Source: Octopus bimaculoides
Lineage: Eukaryota
DNA: 62,053 nucleotides
Assembly (NCBI RefSeq): GCF_001194135.2
Contig: NC_068994.1
Coordinates: forward strand, 30,955,880-31,017,932
Direction: 5' to 3'
Below the pieces are notes generated by a model. It was not told the origin of the DNA. It searched no databases and was given only the letters and a program-made list of their open reading frames with translations. Shown piece by piece: positions 12,143 to 23,966 of the stretch. A program made the position numbers and the translations under genes. Within the stretch, counting starts at the first letter, position 1; every line of letters starts with the position of its first letter.

Positions 12143-13265
12143 TTAGATGTACCCGCCGTGACCGATTGGGTCACAACCACTCCAAGGTGAAAATGTCGAT
12201 GCGCGGCGGAAAGGAAAAAATACTATCTCGAACTTCATGCAATCAAATTCTTAAATAATACAGTTCCCTTGCCTTTGATGTGGCAACATAAACATGACCA
12301 GGTGTTTCTTCTTTGAAAACGTTCAAATGGCCTTCAACTTTTTTCCTCGCTCTCTTCTTTGCCATTCTTTATTACAACCGTTTCAAGTGAAATATATGGG
12401 TACTTCAGCATAAAGTAATGTTTTTGCAAAGTCATCATTGATGCACAATGAAAAGAATTCTGTCAATGTTGTTCTCATATGTCGTTCATTGACATCCATA
12501 TATATATCCCCATTATTTCTGAGCAATACTCTTTGTTCGTCTGGTAGATGAACTTGGAGTTTCGTTATTGCGGGTGCTTTTTCATGAATTGAAAATCCTA
12601 AAACGGACACAACTCATTCGGAATGCCTAATATACCCACCCATTAGATATTGACTAATTTCATTATCATTGTTTATTTGAACAGCAGCTTAATCATTTCC
12701 TTTCAGCGTGTACTTGACGTTGTACTTGACGTTGTACTTAATTTACTTTACTGAGGCAACGATTTCAACGTTGCAGTGGTATTTAAATACTCCTAAAAGA
12801 GTTTTATCATAAGGTACAACCCATTTGTCGTTCGTTTTTTCATTCTTATGAGATTCAACTCTTCCCATTGCAACTGATCTTCGTCTATAAAGAGATAGTC
12901 CCTCTGTCTTTCTGCTTTTTGATTAAAATGATAAAAATTAATATTTTATTTTGAATAAAACAGTAATCGTCCACATTAAGAAAAAAAAATCAAGTACCCG
13001 TGATTAAAAAAATATCGCATAAAAATATAGGGAGAATTCCTCTTTCAATTCACAGCACTCCGAAAATTGTATAAATGATTAAGGGGAAAAAAAGAAAGTA
13101 AGAAAAAAGGACGGAGGGGCGTAGCTCCGACGACTCTTTGAAGTGTCGACATTTTCAACTTGATTTTATTCTTCTTAAAAGGGAAAATGGATATTTTATT
13201 TGTAATCTTTATCATCTTAATCAAATGGCAGGAAAACAGACAAAATTTGAGTTTTAATATTATAT
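12143..13265 (-). mobile_element. Internally deleted Helitron with RepHel fragment and intact 3' terminus
   Basis: The minus strand encodes VVPYDKTLL...HCNVE and LGFSIHEKAPAITKLQVHLPDEQRV...TTLTEFF...LLYAEVP.YFT, which are Helitron Rep-Hel motifs (about 12383-12830). The 3' end is hairpin GTGACC-CAATC-GGTCAC, 11 nt, then CTAA|T (CTRR). The 5' boundary is approximate. Confidence 0.85.
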
Positions 13266-13479
13266 ATATTACTCATTTATAACTGAGTAAACTGGACCAA
13301 CGTGAAATGAAGTTTTTTTACTCAAGAACAAAACGCACCGCCCGGTCGGGAATCTAGACCACGATCTTGTGTGCAATACCCCAGCCACTAGGACACACGC
13401 CTTTCACTTATATAACATCGATAAAAGAATCTTGTGACTTTGCCGGAATAGAATACAAAAGGTTATTATATATAATAAT

Positions 13480-13695
13480 CATTTCTGCTATAGGCACAAG
13501 AGCTGAAATTTTGGGGGAAGAGGATAGTCAATTACATCGACCCTAGTGTTTCACTGGTATTTAATTTATCGACCCCGAAAAGATGAAAGATAAAGTCGAC
13601 CTCGATGGAATTTGAACTCAGAACATGAAGACTGGACGAAATGTTGTTAAGCATTTCGCTTGGCGTGCTAACAATTCTGCCAACTCGCCGCCTTA
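13480..13695 (-). mobile_element. SINE family A
   Basis: Full head, core and (ATT)n tail similar to the other copies. Confidence 0.88.
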
Positions 13696-13861
13696 TTCTT
13701 AAGATATAATAATACCAGGCATTTATCAGTGATAGCAGTAAATAGATAACATGCTTAGTATTGATAAGACAATTTTCTGAAAAGGATTTTGAGAAATGGT
13801 ATCATATTTATGGTTCGTACATGAACTAGCCTAATCTGTTTTGTTAACAAAGCATTTCTAG

Positions 13862-14076
13862 CCATGGAAGAGGATATTGTAAACGAAACAGATTTCAAGC
13901 TCGAAATGTAGAACCTGATTACATGAATACAAGAAAGGCAAGAGCAACCTGTGAATTTGTACCCCAATTTCAGAGGCCTTGCTATGAAAACTTGAAGAAA
14001 AACGATGAAAGCATTGAAAACGAGAAGGATTTGAAAGGCTTTTATGAAAAATATCCGGCTGCATCTGACAATTTCG
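13862..14076 (+). CDS. Candidate internal coding exon of an unidentified gene
   Basis: Acceptor ...ctaatctgttttgttaacaaagcatttctag| and donor G|GTAAGC bound an open frame of 71 codons: HGRGYCKRNRFQARNVEPDYMNTRKARATCEFVPQFQRPCYENLKKNDESIENEKDLKGFYEKYPAASDNF. No family was recognised. Confidence 0.35.
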
Positions 14077-14151
14077 GTAAGCCTGTACATACATATATGC
14101 AGACAGACAAACAGACAGATAGATATTTATTATTCTTATACTAGAATGTTG

Positions 14152-14201
14152 CTGCCAGTGACTTCGAAGTTTCAGCCAGTTAAGCTATCGTCGGACTGCA
14201 G
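14152..14201 (-). ncRNA. Minimal type-I hammerhead ribozyme-like motif (U4C core variant)
   Basis: Minus strand: CTGCAGT CCGACGA T AGCT-TAACT-GGCT GAAA C-TTCGAA-G TC ACTG(G)CAG. Stem I is 7 bp with one bulge, stem III is palindromic and the triplet is GUC. Confidence 0.65.
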
Positions 14202-14345
14202 TCTTGTATAAGAATAACTAATTTGCACTCTACAAAAATATGGAGTAACCTGGGTCGATGTATTCAATTTGCCTATCCCTCGAACTTGCTGGTCTTGTGC
14301 CAAAATTTGAAATCTTTATAACTGAATATAAAAACAAACATTAAT

Positions 14346-14402
<57 letters not shown>

Positions 14403-14812
14403 CAGACACATATACACATGGTTTTAAAAAACACCCCTGTTTATATTTCTATTTAAACGTTTGTTCTCTATTGTCATTCTACTTTAAAAAAAAACAGCCT
14501 AAGCAATCTATTAGAACACAGTTATAACTCATCCCTACCAATCTGTATATTTAATACTGCTTCCTCTACCTCTAAAAACATACCTACCTTGCCTGTGCTC
14601 TACTACCCCTCTCCAATCCCTATATGTTTGCACAATCTACCCGCTTTGCTTAATTTAGCTTCTATTCTTTAACCACATGCCATCTGGCTTGGATTTGTTT
14701 ACGAAGATTCTTTGAGATCCATCAAGGCCCGAGAGAAATAAATAAATAATTACTCTGCATGTGCATTTAGGACTGTGTGTACATAGTGTGTGGGGGAGGG
14801 TATTTGTGTGTA

Positions 14813-14854
<42 letters not shown>

Positions 14855-15696
14855 ACAAGGGGTTCTGTGTTTGAGTGTGTATGTGGGGTGGCTGTTTTTG
14901 TGTTTGTGTATGACAACTGTTTTCATATAAAGAAATGCCTTGAAATAAGTTATTGTTATTGCTNNNNNNNNNNTGGTGGTGGTGGTGGTGGTGGTGGTGG
15001 TGGTGGTGGTGCCGGTAGTGGTGCTGCAGCTGCTACTGCTGCTGTTGCTGGTACATGTGTGGTCTGATAGTTGTATGGTGATATTGGTAGCTGTGGTGAA
15101 GTTGAGGTAGTGGTGAGGTGATAGGGATGTTGTTGGATGAGGGGTAGTGGTGATATGGTGGTGATGAGGTGATGGTGATAATGATGTCAGTAACGGAGTG
15201 TTGTTGCTGCTGCAGCTGCTGTTGTTTAATACCAAGCAGATCTGACCAAAGCAATTTCTTTGATCATAGATCTAATCGACAGACCTATGATTTACCAATA
15301 GCCACTTCAACGGTTTTTGTTCTTGTTTTTCTCAAGCTTAATGTACCTTGGACAGCACAATCCAATGTGTCTATTTTATAATGGTAGGGTGTGATTTGAG
15401 GATGATTTGGCTGTTGTTACAAGCAGGTCAAGTGATTACAGAGATGTCCCCACTCTAATTTTTTGTATGCAGTTATGTATAACGAAATATAGGTTGGTAT
15501 GACTATGATATCTGCGTATGGTATACATACATATATACATACATACATCAAATATGTGTGTGTGCGAGTGTGTGTACATATATATAGAGAGAGAGACAAA
15601 CAGATAGGCTCAAACACGCGCGCACATACAAACTTATAGATATAGACACATATGTGCATACATACATACATACAGACAGACAGACAGACAGATATA

Positions 15697-16750
15697 TAGG
15701 GGTTAAGCAAAATAGTCGAACCACATTGTGAAATGGAAGTTTATTATTAATTCGAAGTCGGCCCTTTTTTATATTTTAGCATCAGTCATAACTTTAAAAT
15801 GTCAAGGAATAGACTCGTACAGTTTCTGAGTGGTTGGTGGGGGAACTTTAAGCCGTTCTTCAAGTAAAAAACTACTTTTGTTCTTTCAGTGTCGATGATG
15901 GAAGGAAGCTGTTCTTCACTTACTGCTCCAAAATGCACTATAAATCTTCTATTATAATTAGATCCGGTAATTGGAGAGAACGGAGGGTCAGTTCAAGTGG
16001 TCTACTCACTTTTGTGTTCTTCGTACCAATTTTAAATAGCATGAGCCGTGTGAATCGACGCATTATTGTCCTAGATTATTGCGCTACCATCAGGGAACAA
16101 TTTTGTACTATAGAGTAGACATGATCGGCTAAAATACTCAGATAACCCTTAGCGTTAACCCTGCCATGTAGAACAACTAACGGCCCCAAAAGAATTTCGT
16201 GAAATGACTGCGAACCACCTCCATGCTCCACGGTAGGGACCAAACTGTTATGGTTGAAGGCTTCTTCGCGCTCTCTCCAGACATAAACGCGCTCCGAAGT
16301 GGTAAAAGGGATGAATGACGATTCATCCGAGAAGATGGCATTGTTCCATTGACCACTTCTGATTGTCCAGGGACAATTTTATCCACTTATCAATGTTGAT
16401 GGGTGACAGGAGGTGTTTAGCAATTACAGCCTTCCCATGGATTCCTACTTTATGGAGTTTACGACAAACAGTTTTGGTCGACACGGGTTGGCAAGGTGGT
16501 AGTTTAGCTTTGTTTTCATTTTTGCTGCCGTAGATTGATGGTTTTTAGAAATAGTTTTATTATCCTGCGATCCCTTTCTGTGAGCTTTGCATTCCGTCTA
16601 GAACAATGCTTGTCAGAGCAAGTTTTACCTTGGTTTTGGAATGCCAACATGATTTTTTGGAGACTATACTTCTCGAAACATTAAACAATTCAACAGTTTT
16701 AGTGACTACTGATCCAGCCAGCCACGCTACAACAATTTGTCCTCTTGGAA
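15697..16750 (-). mobile_element. Highly degenerate Tc1-like (DD36E-type) transposon copy
   Basis: The minus strand gives HQSTAAKM..LNYHL..STKTV..KLHKVGIHGKAVIAK..AIFSDESSF..RVYVWR..HGRVNAKGYL..*DNNASIHTAHAI*NWYEEHKSE..QKLYESIP. The left end aggggttaagcaaaatagtcgaacca resembles the TIR of the 30748-31992 element. The right boundary is approximate. Confidence 0.8.
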
Positions 16751-17089
16751 ATCCGATATGTCATGCCTTTTAACATATTTAAATATATCTGAAAAAAAAA
16801 AGAAGAGTGAGAGAAAGAGAGGGCTATATCATGAAATAGAGGACATCCATAATGCATATGAACATATGTGTGTGATTGTGTGTGTGTGTGTGTGTGTATA
16901 CACACACACACACACAAGCACACAGACTAGAATAGTTTTGAATTTTGTCATATTGCCAAATAGATAACAGAGTTAAATAAAAGGGAAAAAATGGTGTTTC
17001 CATTTTGTCCAACTCCTGTACATACGTACATGCATGCATACATACATACATCATGGCATAACAACATAATTATACATATTTACACACAT

Positions 17090-17188
<99 letters not shown>

Positions 17189-17685
17189 TATACTATACTT
17201 TTCTGAAGATATAAAACTCAACTGTCAAAATTATTGCTTCCAATATATATTAATTTCATTCTGGAATCAGTCGGTTATTTTCGGCTCAACTCATTCATTC
17301 GGTAATCAATTCCAATTTTTATCGATCTGTAAAGATCTGTTGCTCTTTTTAGCTTCATTCAAGGCTTCTTAAATAATTCATATGACTAGACTTTTGTTGT
17401 TGACTAACGGAATTTTTTGTTATCGCTTTTGTTCAGGTTTAGTTTCTCTCTCCCTCTCCTCCTCTCTCCATTTCTCTCTCTCTCTTTCTCTCCTTTTTGT
17501 AACCTTTTAAGGAAAGATAGTGTGAGGCTCCACGTTACCTTTGGACCTAGAAACAGCAGTCAAATTTCACTCAAATAAAGCCTTAGTGTCTTATACACGG
17601 AAGGACTCATTTAATAATGTAGTTCTCGAAGCATAGTGTCTGGGAAAAGTCGGTATAGCCGGGATTGAACTCTCCTTAATATTAC

Positions 17686-18420
17686 ACCTTGCTGGGGCGG
17701 CGAACTGGCACAATCGCTTGCACACCAGGCAAAATGCTTCATCGGTATTTCACCCGTCGCTACGATCTGAGTTCAAATGCCGCTGAGGCCGACTTTGCCT
17801 TTCGTCCTTTCAGTGTCGATAAAATAACGACCAGTCAAGTACTAGGATCGATGTAATCGACTAGCATCCTCCCCCGAACTTGCTGGTCTTGTGCAAAAAT
17901 TTGAAACCTTGCTAAGGCGGTGAGCTGGCAAAATCGTTACCGCGCCGGACAAGATGCTTAGCGGTACTTCTTCCGTCTCTGAGTTCAAATTCCGGCGAAG
18001 TCGACTTTGCCGTTCATCCTTCCCAGGGCCGATAAAATAAGTACTTGTTGAGCACTGGGTCGACTACATTGACTTAACCTCACCCTCCAAATTTCTGGCT
18101 TTGTGCTAAAATTTGAAATCTAGTATTACACCCTTCTTAAGGCGGTGAGGTGACAGAATCGTAATTTCGCCGGACAAAAAGCTTAGCGGCATTTTATCCG
18201 TCTTTACGTTCTGAGTTCAAATTCTGCCGAAGTCACCTTTGTCTTTCATTCTTTCAAGATAGGAGAAATAAATTTCAGATGATCACTGAAGCTAACCTAA
18301 TAGAATCGGCTAGCCCCCTAACCTAATGTAATCGACTAGCCCCTAACCTAAAGTAATTGACAAGCCCCCTAACCTAATGTAATCGACAAGCTCCCTAACC
18401 TAAAATTCCAGACCTTCTGT
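17686..18420 (+). mobile_element. Three head-to-tail SINE family A copies
   Basis: Heads at about 17690, 17913 and 18138, each followed by B-box, core and tttgaaa tail. Confidence 0.88.
18292..18404. repeat. 25-26-bp minisatellite (about 4.4 units) inside a SINE
   Basis: Units are variants of ctaacctaatgtaatcgactagccc(c). Confidence 0.9.
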
Positions 18421-18759
18421 CTATAGCAGAAAGGAACATTACACCCTACTGGAACATCATGTATCAAAGATCCACGAGATCAGAGATGACATGAGGCTAA
18501 GCAACATTCAATGCCTTCTTCTTCTTCTTCTTCTTCTTCTTCTTCTTCTTCTTCTCCTCCTCCTCCTCCTCCTCCNNNNNNNNNNNNNNNNNNNNNNNNN
18601 NNNNNNNNNNNNNNNNNNNNNNNNNNNNNNNNNNNNNNNNNNNNNNNNNNNNNNNNNNNNNNNNNNNNNNNNNNNNNNNNNNNNNNNNNNNNNNNNNNNN
18701 NNNNNNNNNNNNNNNNNNNNNNNNNNNNNNNNNNNNNNNNNNNNNNNNNNNNNNNNNNN

Positions 18760-18790
<31 letters not shown>

Positions 18791-18825
18791 TCACCTTCAC
18801 CACCACCACCACCACCACCACCACC

Positions 18826-18865
<40 letters not shown>

Positions 18866-19041
18866 TTCTTTTTTCTCCACCTCAATCATTATCATCATCT
18901 CATCTTCTTTTTCTCCCCCCCTTCCTCCTCTGTTGTCTGCCATCTGATGAACATTGATGTAAAATCAAGTTCCATGACTCTAACCTCCATTGACACTCTT
19001 TCGACGTTGTAATCAATTTGTATGTATTTTTATAAGGGTGC

Positions 19042-19175
19042 AAGCATGGCTGCCTGGTTAAGAAATTCACTTAGCAGCTATGAGGTTGCGCGTTCAATCC
19101 CACTGCGCAGTACCTTAGGTAAATATCTTCAACCACAGTCTCGTATCGAACAAAACTTTGTCAGTCGAAGGTAGA
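19042..19175 (+). mobile_element. SINE family B head and core
   Basis: gcatggctgcctggttaagaa...gttcaatcccactgcgcagtaccttaggtaaatatcttc. Confidence 0.75.
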
Positions 19176-19214
19176 TAGATCGATCGACAGACAGACAGAC
19201 ATATATATATAAAT

Positions 19215-19297
<83 letters not shown>

Positions 19298-19829
19298 TGT
19301 GTGTGCTTGTCTCTTAATCAGCGTAGTTTTGTTTACGCCCCTATGTCTGAATGATTCGGCTAAAAAAGATAGCTGGGTGCGATTTGAGAGGGATTTAGTT
19401 ATTACTTTCGGCAGATCGAGCGAGAACTTTCATATTCCATCACTTCCTCGGCTTCTTTCGTAGTTTCGAGAAATCTGAGTGAGAAAGACAATGGCGGCGG
19501 AAGTATATTTTACGTAAGCTCAGTCTGTTTACGTGATTAAGTTGATATTGAGATTGTTTACCAAGATACAGAGATGGCTTAGTAAGAGAGGGTGGATGGT
19601 TTAGGGTTAGAGTTGGAAAATGATGCGAAACATAAGTTCGCAATGACAGTGAATACTTTCCAGACTGGAACGGTCTCTACAGGTGTTTGTTTTGAGATAT
19701 GGAGATGTCTATAAGTGCATGCTACCATGTGCAGGTACATGTACAAATTTAGCTGCATATCCGTGTGAATATATATTTATATATACTCACATAGATATGC
19801 AGCTAAATGTATGTTTGTATGTACGTATG

Positions 19830-19860
<31 letters not shown>

Positions 19861-20481
19861 NNNNNNNNNNNNNNNNNNNNNNNNNNNNNNNNNNNNNNNN
19901 NNNNNNNNNNNNNNNNNNNNNNNNNNNNNNNNNNNNNNNNNNNNNNNNNNNNNNNNNNNNNNNNNNNNNNNNNNNNNNNNNNNNNNNNNNNNNNNNNNNN
20001 NNNNNNNNNNNNNNNNNNNNNNNNNNNNNNNNNNNNNNNNNNNNNNNNNNNNNNNNNNNNNNNNNNNNNNNNNNNNNNNNNNNNNNNNNNNNNNNNNNNN
20101 NNNNNNNNNNNNNNNNNNNNNNNNNNNNNNNNNNNNNNNNNNNNNNNNNNNNNNNNNNNNNNNNNNNNNNNNNNNNNNNNNNNNNNNNNNNNNNNNNNNN
20201 NNNNNNNNNNNNNNNNNNNNNNNNNNNNNNNNNNNNNNNNNNNNNNNNNNNNNNNNNNNNNNNNNNNNNNNNNNNNNNNNNNNNNNNNNNNNNNNNNNNN
20301 NNNNNNNNNNNNNNNNNNNNNNNNNNNNNNNNNNNNNNNNNNNNNNNNNNNNNNNNNNNNNNNNNNNNNNNNNNNNNNNNNNNNNNNNNNNNNNNNNNNN
20401 NNNNNNNNNNNNNNNNNNNNNNNNNNNNNNNNNNNNNNNNNNNNNNNNNNNNNNNNNNNNNNNNNNNNNNNNNNNNNNNNN

Positions 20482-20536
<55 letters not shown>

Positions 20537-21374
20537 ATGTATATGTATGTGCATGTGTGCGCGCATGTATGTATGTATGTATGTATGTATGTATTTACTC
20601 AAGGAAGGAGCAGATAATGACAGGAGGATAAAGAGACAGACAGCAAAAATATATGTACACATGTGCGTGCGTGTCTGTGTATGTGTGTGCGTGCGTACGA
20701 GCGAGCGAGCGAGCGTGCGTGCGTGCGTGTTTGCATGCCTGGGTGTTTGTATATGTCAGTATATGTGAATTTGTGATTCTAGATACATAAGTAAAAAAAA
20801 AAAAAGAATAGTCTTTGAGTATGAGTTAGTAGCATGCACCGTGTTTCCGTTAATTGCATTGGGGTGCTTGTGTAATCGCGAGCAGATGCTGAACCCGTCT
20901 CACTCCCTTTCCCCCATTAGACCCAACGGAACATGCAAGGTATAACAGTTGAAAAGAAAGTAGGCTTTATAATCTTTCGGCTGCTATTTATTTTTGAGTG
21001 AGTATGAAATGATGTACCTGGCTCATGCATACAACGCACCGCTTGCTCCACGAATCGAACCCATGGCACCATGATTGTGAGCACAATACTATAATCATGT
21101 GAGTTTGAGTGTATGTGTGTGTTTCTTTCTGTATATCGATGTGCCTTCTGTCTCTTTAAACACACACACACGCACACACACATACACACATGGATGGATG
21201 GATGGATACATGCGCATGTATGTTTGAGTTTCTCATTGAGTTACAAATGCTTCCTTGCTACTCTCACCGCCATAAATACGGTGTATACATATATGTGTGT
21301 GTGTATGTGTGTGTATAATATAAAAGATATACATATAAATATATATATACATACATATGGGTATGTATACCATT

Positions 21375-21490
21375 CTAAGTATTACTCGATTATCAACTCG
21401 CACACGGTTAGGATTGTTTTTTCCCACACAAAAAATCTTTCACAAATGATCTCTTCACATAATATTAGTCTGTTAAATAAGAATCCAATT
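21375..21490 (+). mobile_element. Penelope-like element ORF remnant
   Basis: KYYSIINSHTVRIVFSHTKNLSQMISSHNISLLN resembles the recalled PLE motif KIFNRNTVKVSYS..N...IISSHN.KIL found between the RT and GIY-YIG domains. Confidence 0.6.
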
Positions 21491-21733
21491 ATTAATACTA
21501 ACGTTAATTTAGCTAATACTATTTTAATTCACATATCGCTCTATATTTCTCCTTTATTGGTTTTCTGCTTATTTCTTTCCTTTACCTCTCCTATTTTCTA
21601 TTGCCTACCATTGACGTTATATCTTCTAACGTTTTTTTTTTTAAACTTAATAGAGTTCCGTCCATCATTATACACAACCATCACATTCTGTTAAAATGTT
21701 TTATTGATGAGTTTGGTTTCTTTCTTTCTTTCT

Positions 21734-21818
21734 TTCCCTGGTGAGAAGATTACATTGCTTTTCACCATTTTATTCCTTTGGAATAATACCAATGTTGTCT
21801 TCGAAACATATGTCGGAA
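21734..21818 (+). ncRNA. Type-I hammerhead ribozyme-like motif with extended stem II (A6G core variant)
   Basis: TTCC CTGGTGA GAAGA-tt-ACATTG...[TTATTCC-ttt-GGAATAA]...CAATGT-tg-TCTTC GAAA C-ATAT-G TC GGAA. Confidence 0.7.
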
Positions 21819-22120
21819 GTAAAAGAATCTGAATAACACCTGCGTTTAAGTCCAGTAACATATNNNNNNNNNNNNNNNNNNNNNNNNNNNNNNNNNNNNN
21901 NNNNNNNNNNNNNNNNNNNNNNNNNNNNNNNNNNNNNNNNNNNNNNNNNNNNNNNNNNNNNNNNNNNNNNNNNNNNNNNNNNNNNNNNNNNNNNNNNNNN
22001 NNNAAAACCGGTTAATCTTTAAATATATTTTTTAAAATTAACTATTCTCAGTGCATTTTCAACTTCTAATTTTTCTATGTTTCTACCCGTATGGAATAAA
22101 ATAACTTTATTATATATATA

Positions 22121-22268
22121 GGAAGGGCATCCAGCTGTAGAAACTCTGCCAAATCAGACTGGAGCCTGGTGTTGCCATCCGGTTTCACCAGTCCTCAGTC
22201 AAATCGTCCAACCCATGCTAGCATGGAAAGCGGACGTTAAACGATGATGATGATGATGATGATGATGA
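22121..22268 (+). mobile_element. Retroposon 3' end with (GAT)n tail
   Basis: ggaagggcatccagctgtagaaactctgcc...catgctagcatggaaagcggacgttaaac(gat)n. A related reverse fragment lies at about 46560-46640. Confidence 0.7.
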
Positions 22269-22282
22269 TATATATATATATA

Positions 22283-22440
22283 CGACGGACTTCTTTTAGT
22301 TTCCATCTGTCAAATACACTCACAAGACTTTGGTCAACTCGAGGCTATAGTGGAAGACACTCGCCCAAGGTGACTCGCAGTAGGACTGAACCCGGAATTA
22401 AGTGGTTGGCAAGGAAGCTTCTTACCATACCACCATGTCT
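22283..22440 (-). mobile_element. SINE family B
   Basis: Reverse of the family B head and core. Confidence 0.85.
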
Positions 22441-22516
22441 GTGCCTATGTGTGCGTGTGTGCTTGTGTATGTGTACGTGTACATATGTATGCACGCATAT
22501 GTCTATGTGTGTATAG

Positions 22517-22547
<31 letters not shown>

Positions 22548-23110
22548 TGTATGTGTGTGTGTGCGTGTGTTTGTATGTATGTATGCGCGTATGTGTCTGC
22601 TAATGGTTAACTACCTATACCGAAGCTTATTTGTAGTTTAGTTCCTGTGGACTGAATATTTACAAGGGATTAATGGTGGATAAAACGAACAGAAAGATGG
22701 CCCAGAAATTCTTATATACAAAGTGCCAAGCTAAACAGCTGCAATTAACAGTTTTTAACGCTGGTGCTTCTTCGTCTATTTTGAAATTAATACTGTATTA
22801 TCTTTCCATACCAGGTTGTTAAAGACATTCTAACTAATACATGTATTTATTTATTCTAAATGGCAATTGGTGAACGACCATAGCGTCTATGGTTACGGGT
22901 TTCCAAAGAACTGCTTATCACTGTTTCATTAGGTTTATGGTGGAAAGAAGTGCAAAGGGGGGTTTGTAACTCAGTACAAAACACACACGCACACGCAAGC
23001 ACACTCACACACACGCACACACACACACATGCACACACATACACACACACAAACATACAAATACACACACACATACAGACATGCATACATACATACATAC
23101 ATACATACAT

Positions 23111-23222
23111 ACAAAAATACTCTGTTGATGATGTTGAAATTCCAATGAAGGTGCCTTGGATCTAGGTTAGAAACCGGTTCTTTCTCTATTGGCAAGACAT
23201 CTTGAAATAAACTGAATAATGA
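23111..23222 (+). mobile_element. Isolated 3' UTR end of a second REL retrotransposon family, flanked by (CATA)n
   Basis: About 110 bp highly similar to 23859-23966. Confidence 0.75.
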
Positions 23223-23228
23223 CACAGA

Positions 23229-23299
<71 letters not shown>

Positions 23300-23311
23300 G
23301 CATATAGTATG

Positions 23312-23966
23312 ATGGAAGTGATAGCCAGTCATAATAAGGAGTACTGATGGAATGTCCCAGTGAAAACTGCAATAAAATGTAAACATAATAGACTTGATGT
23401 AATGATTTGGGATAGAGAAGAGAAACTGTGTACAGTTGTGGAAATCAGCTGCCCAGCGGATGTTAAGATAAGGATAAAGATCAGTGAAAAAGAGAATATC
23501 TACGCTGGACTATTCAGAAATCTGCAGTTACTCTGCCCAGATTACAAGTTCAGATTTATACCTGTAATTATTGGGGCCGTGTGATATGTAAAACACTGCC
23601 TAAATACCAATCTTGAGAAATTAGGTTTCTCAAAACCAGAAAGGAAAAAGCTAATTCGAAGATTACAGATTCAATCCATCACTGGAACTGTAAAAAATCT
23701 GTAAAACTTTCCAGTTTATCATTTAAGTATATAAGAGCATACCCAGATATGCAACTATATGCATGAGAATACATACATAAAACAAAACGTACAAATCTAC
23801 ATACATACATACATACATACATGCATACATACATTCATACATACATACATGCATACGTACAAAAATACCCTGTTGATTTGTTGAAATTCCAGTGAAAGAG
23901 CCTTGGATCTAGATTAGAAACCGGGTCTTTATTGGCTTGAAATCTTGAAATAAAACTAAATAATGA
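23312..23966 (+). mobile_element. 5'-truncated REL-class non-LTR retrotransposon (restriction-like endonuclease domain plus 3' UTR)
   Basis: EY*WNVPVKTAIKCKHNRLDVMIWDREEKLCTVVEISCPADVKIRIKISEKENIYAGL...FIPVIIGAV*...LQIQSITGTV matches the HNRPD..(D/E)..K..Y pattern of the PD-(D/E)xK REL domain. Confidence 0.82.

Noticed and set aside
18292-18404. Interstitial telomeric repeat (CTAACC-like)
   Set aside because: The motif is part of a 25-26-bp SINE-derived unit, not tandem TTAGGG or TTAGG.
22168-22200. Minus-strand CTGAGGA...GAAACCGG hammerhead-like string
   Set aside because: Only 5 nt lie between the core halves, so there is no stem II, and there is no U16.1. It lies in a retroposon tail and is likely chance.
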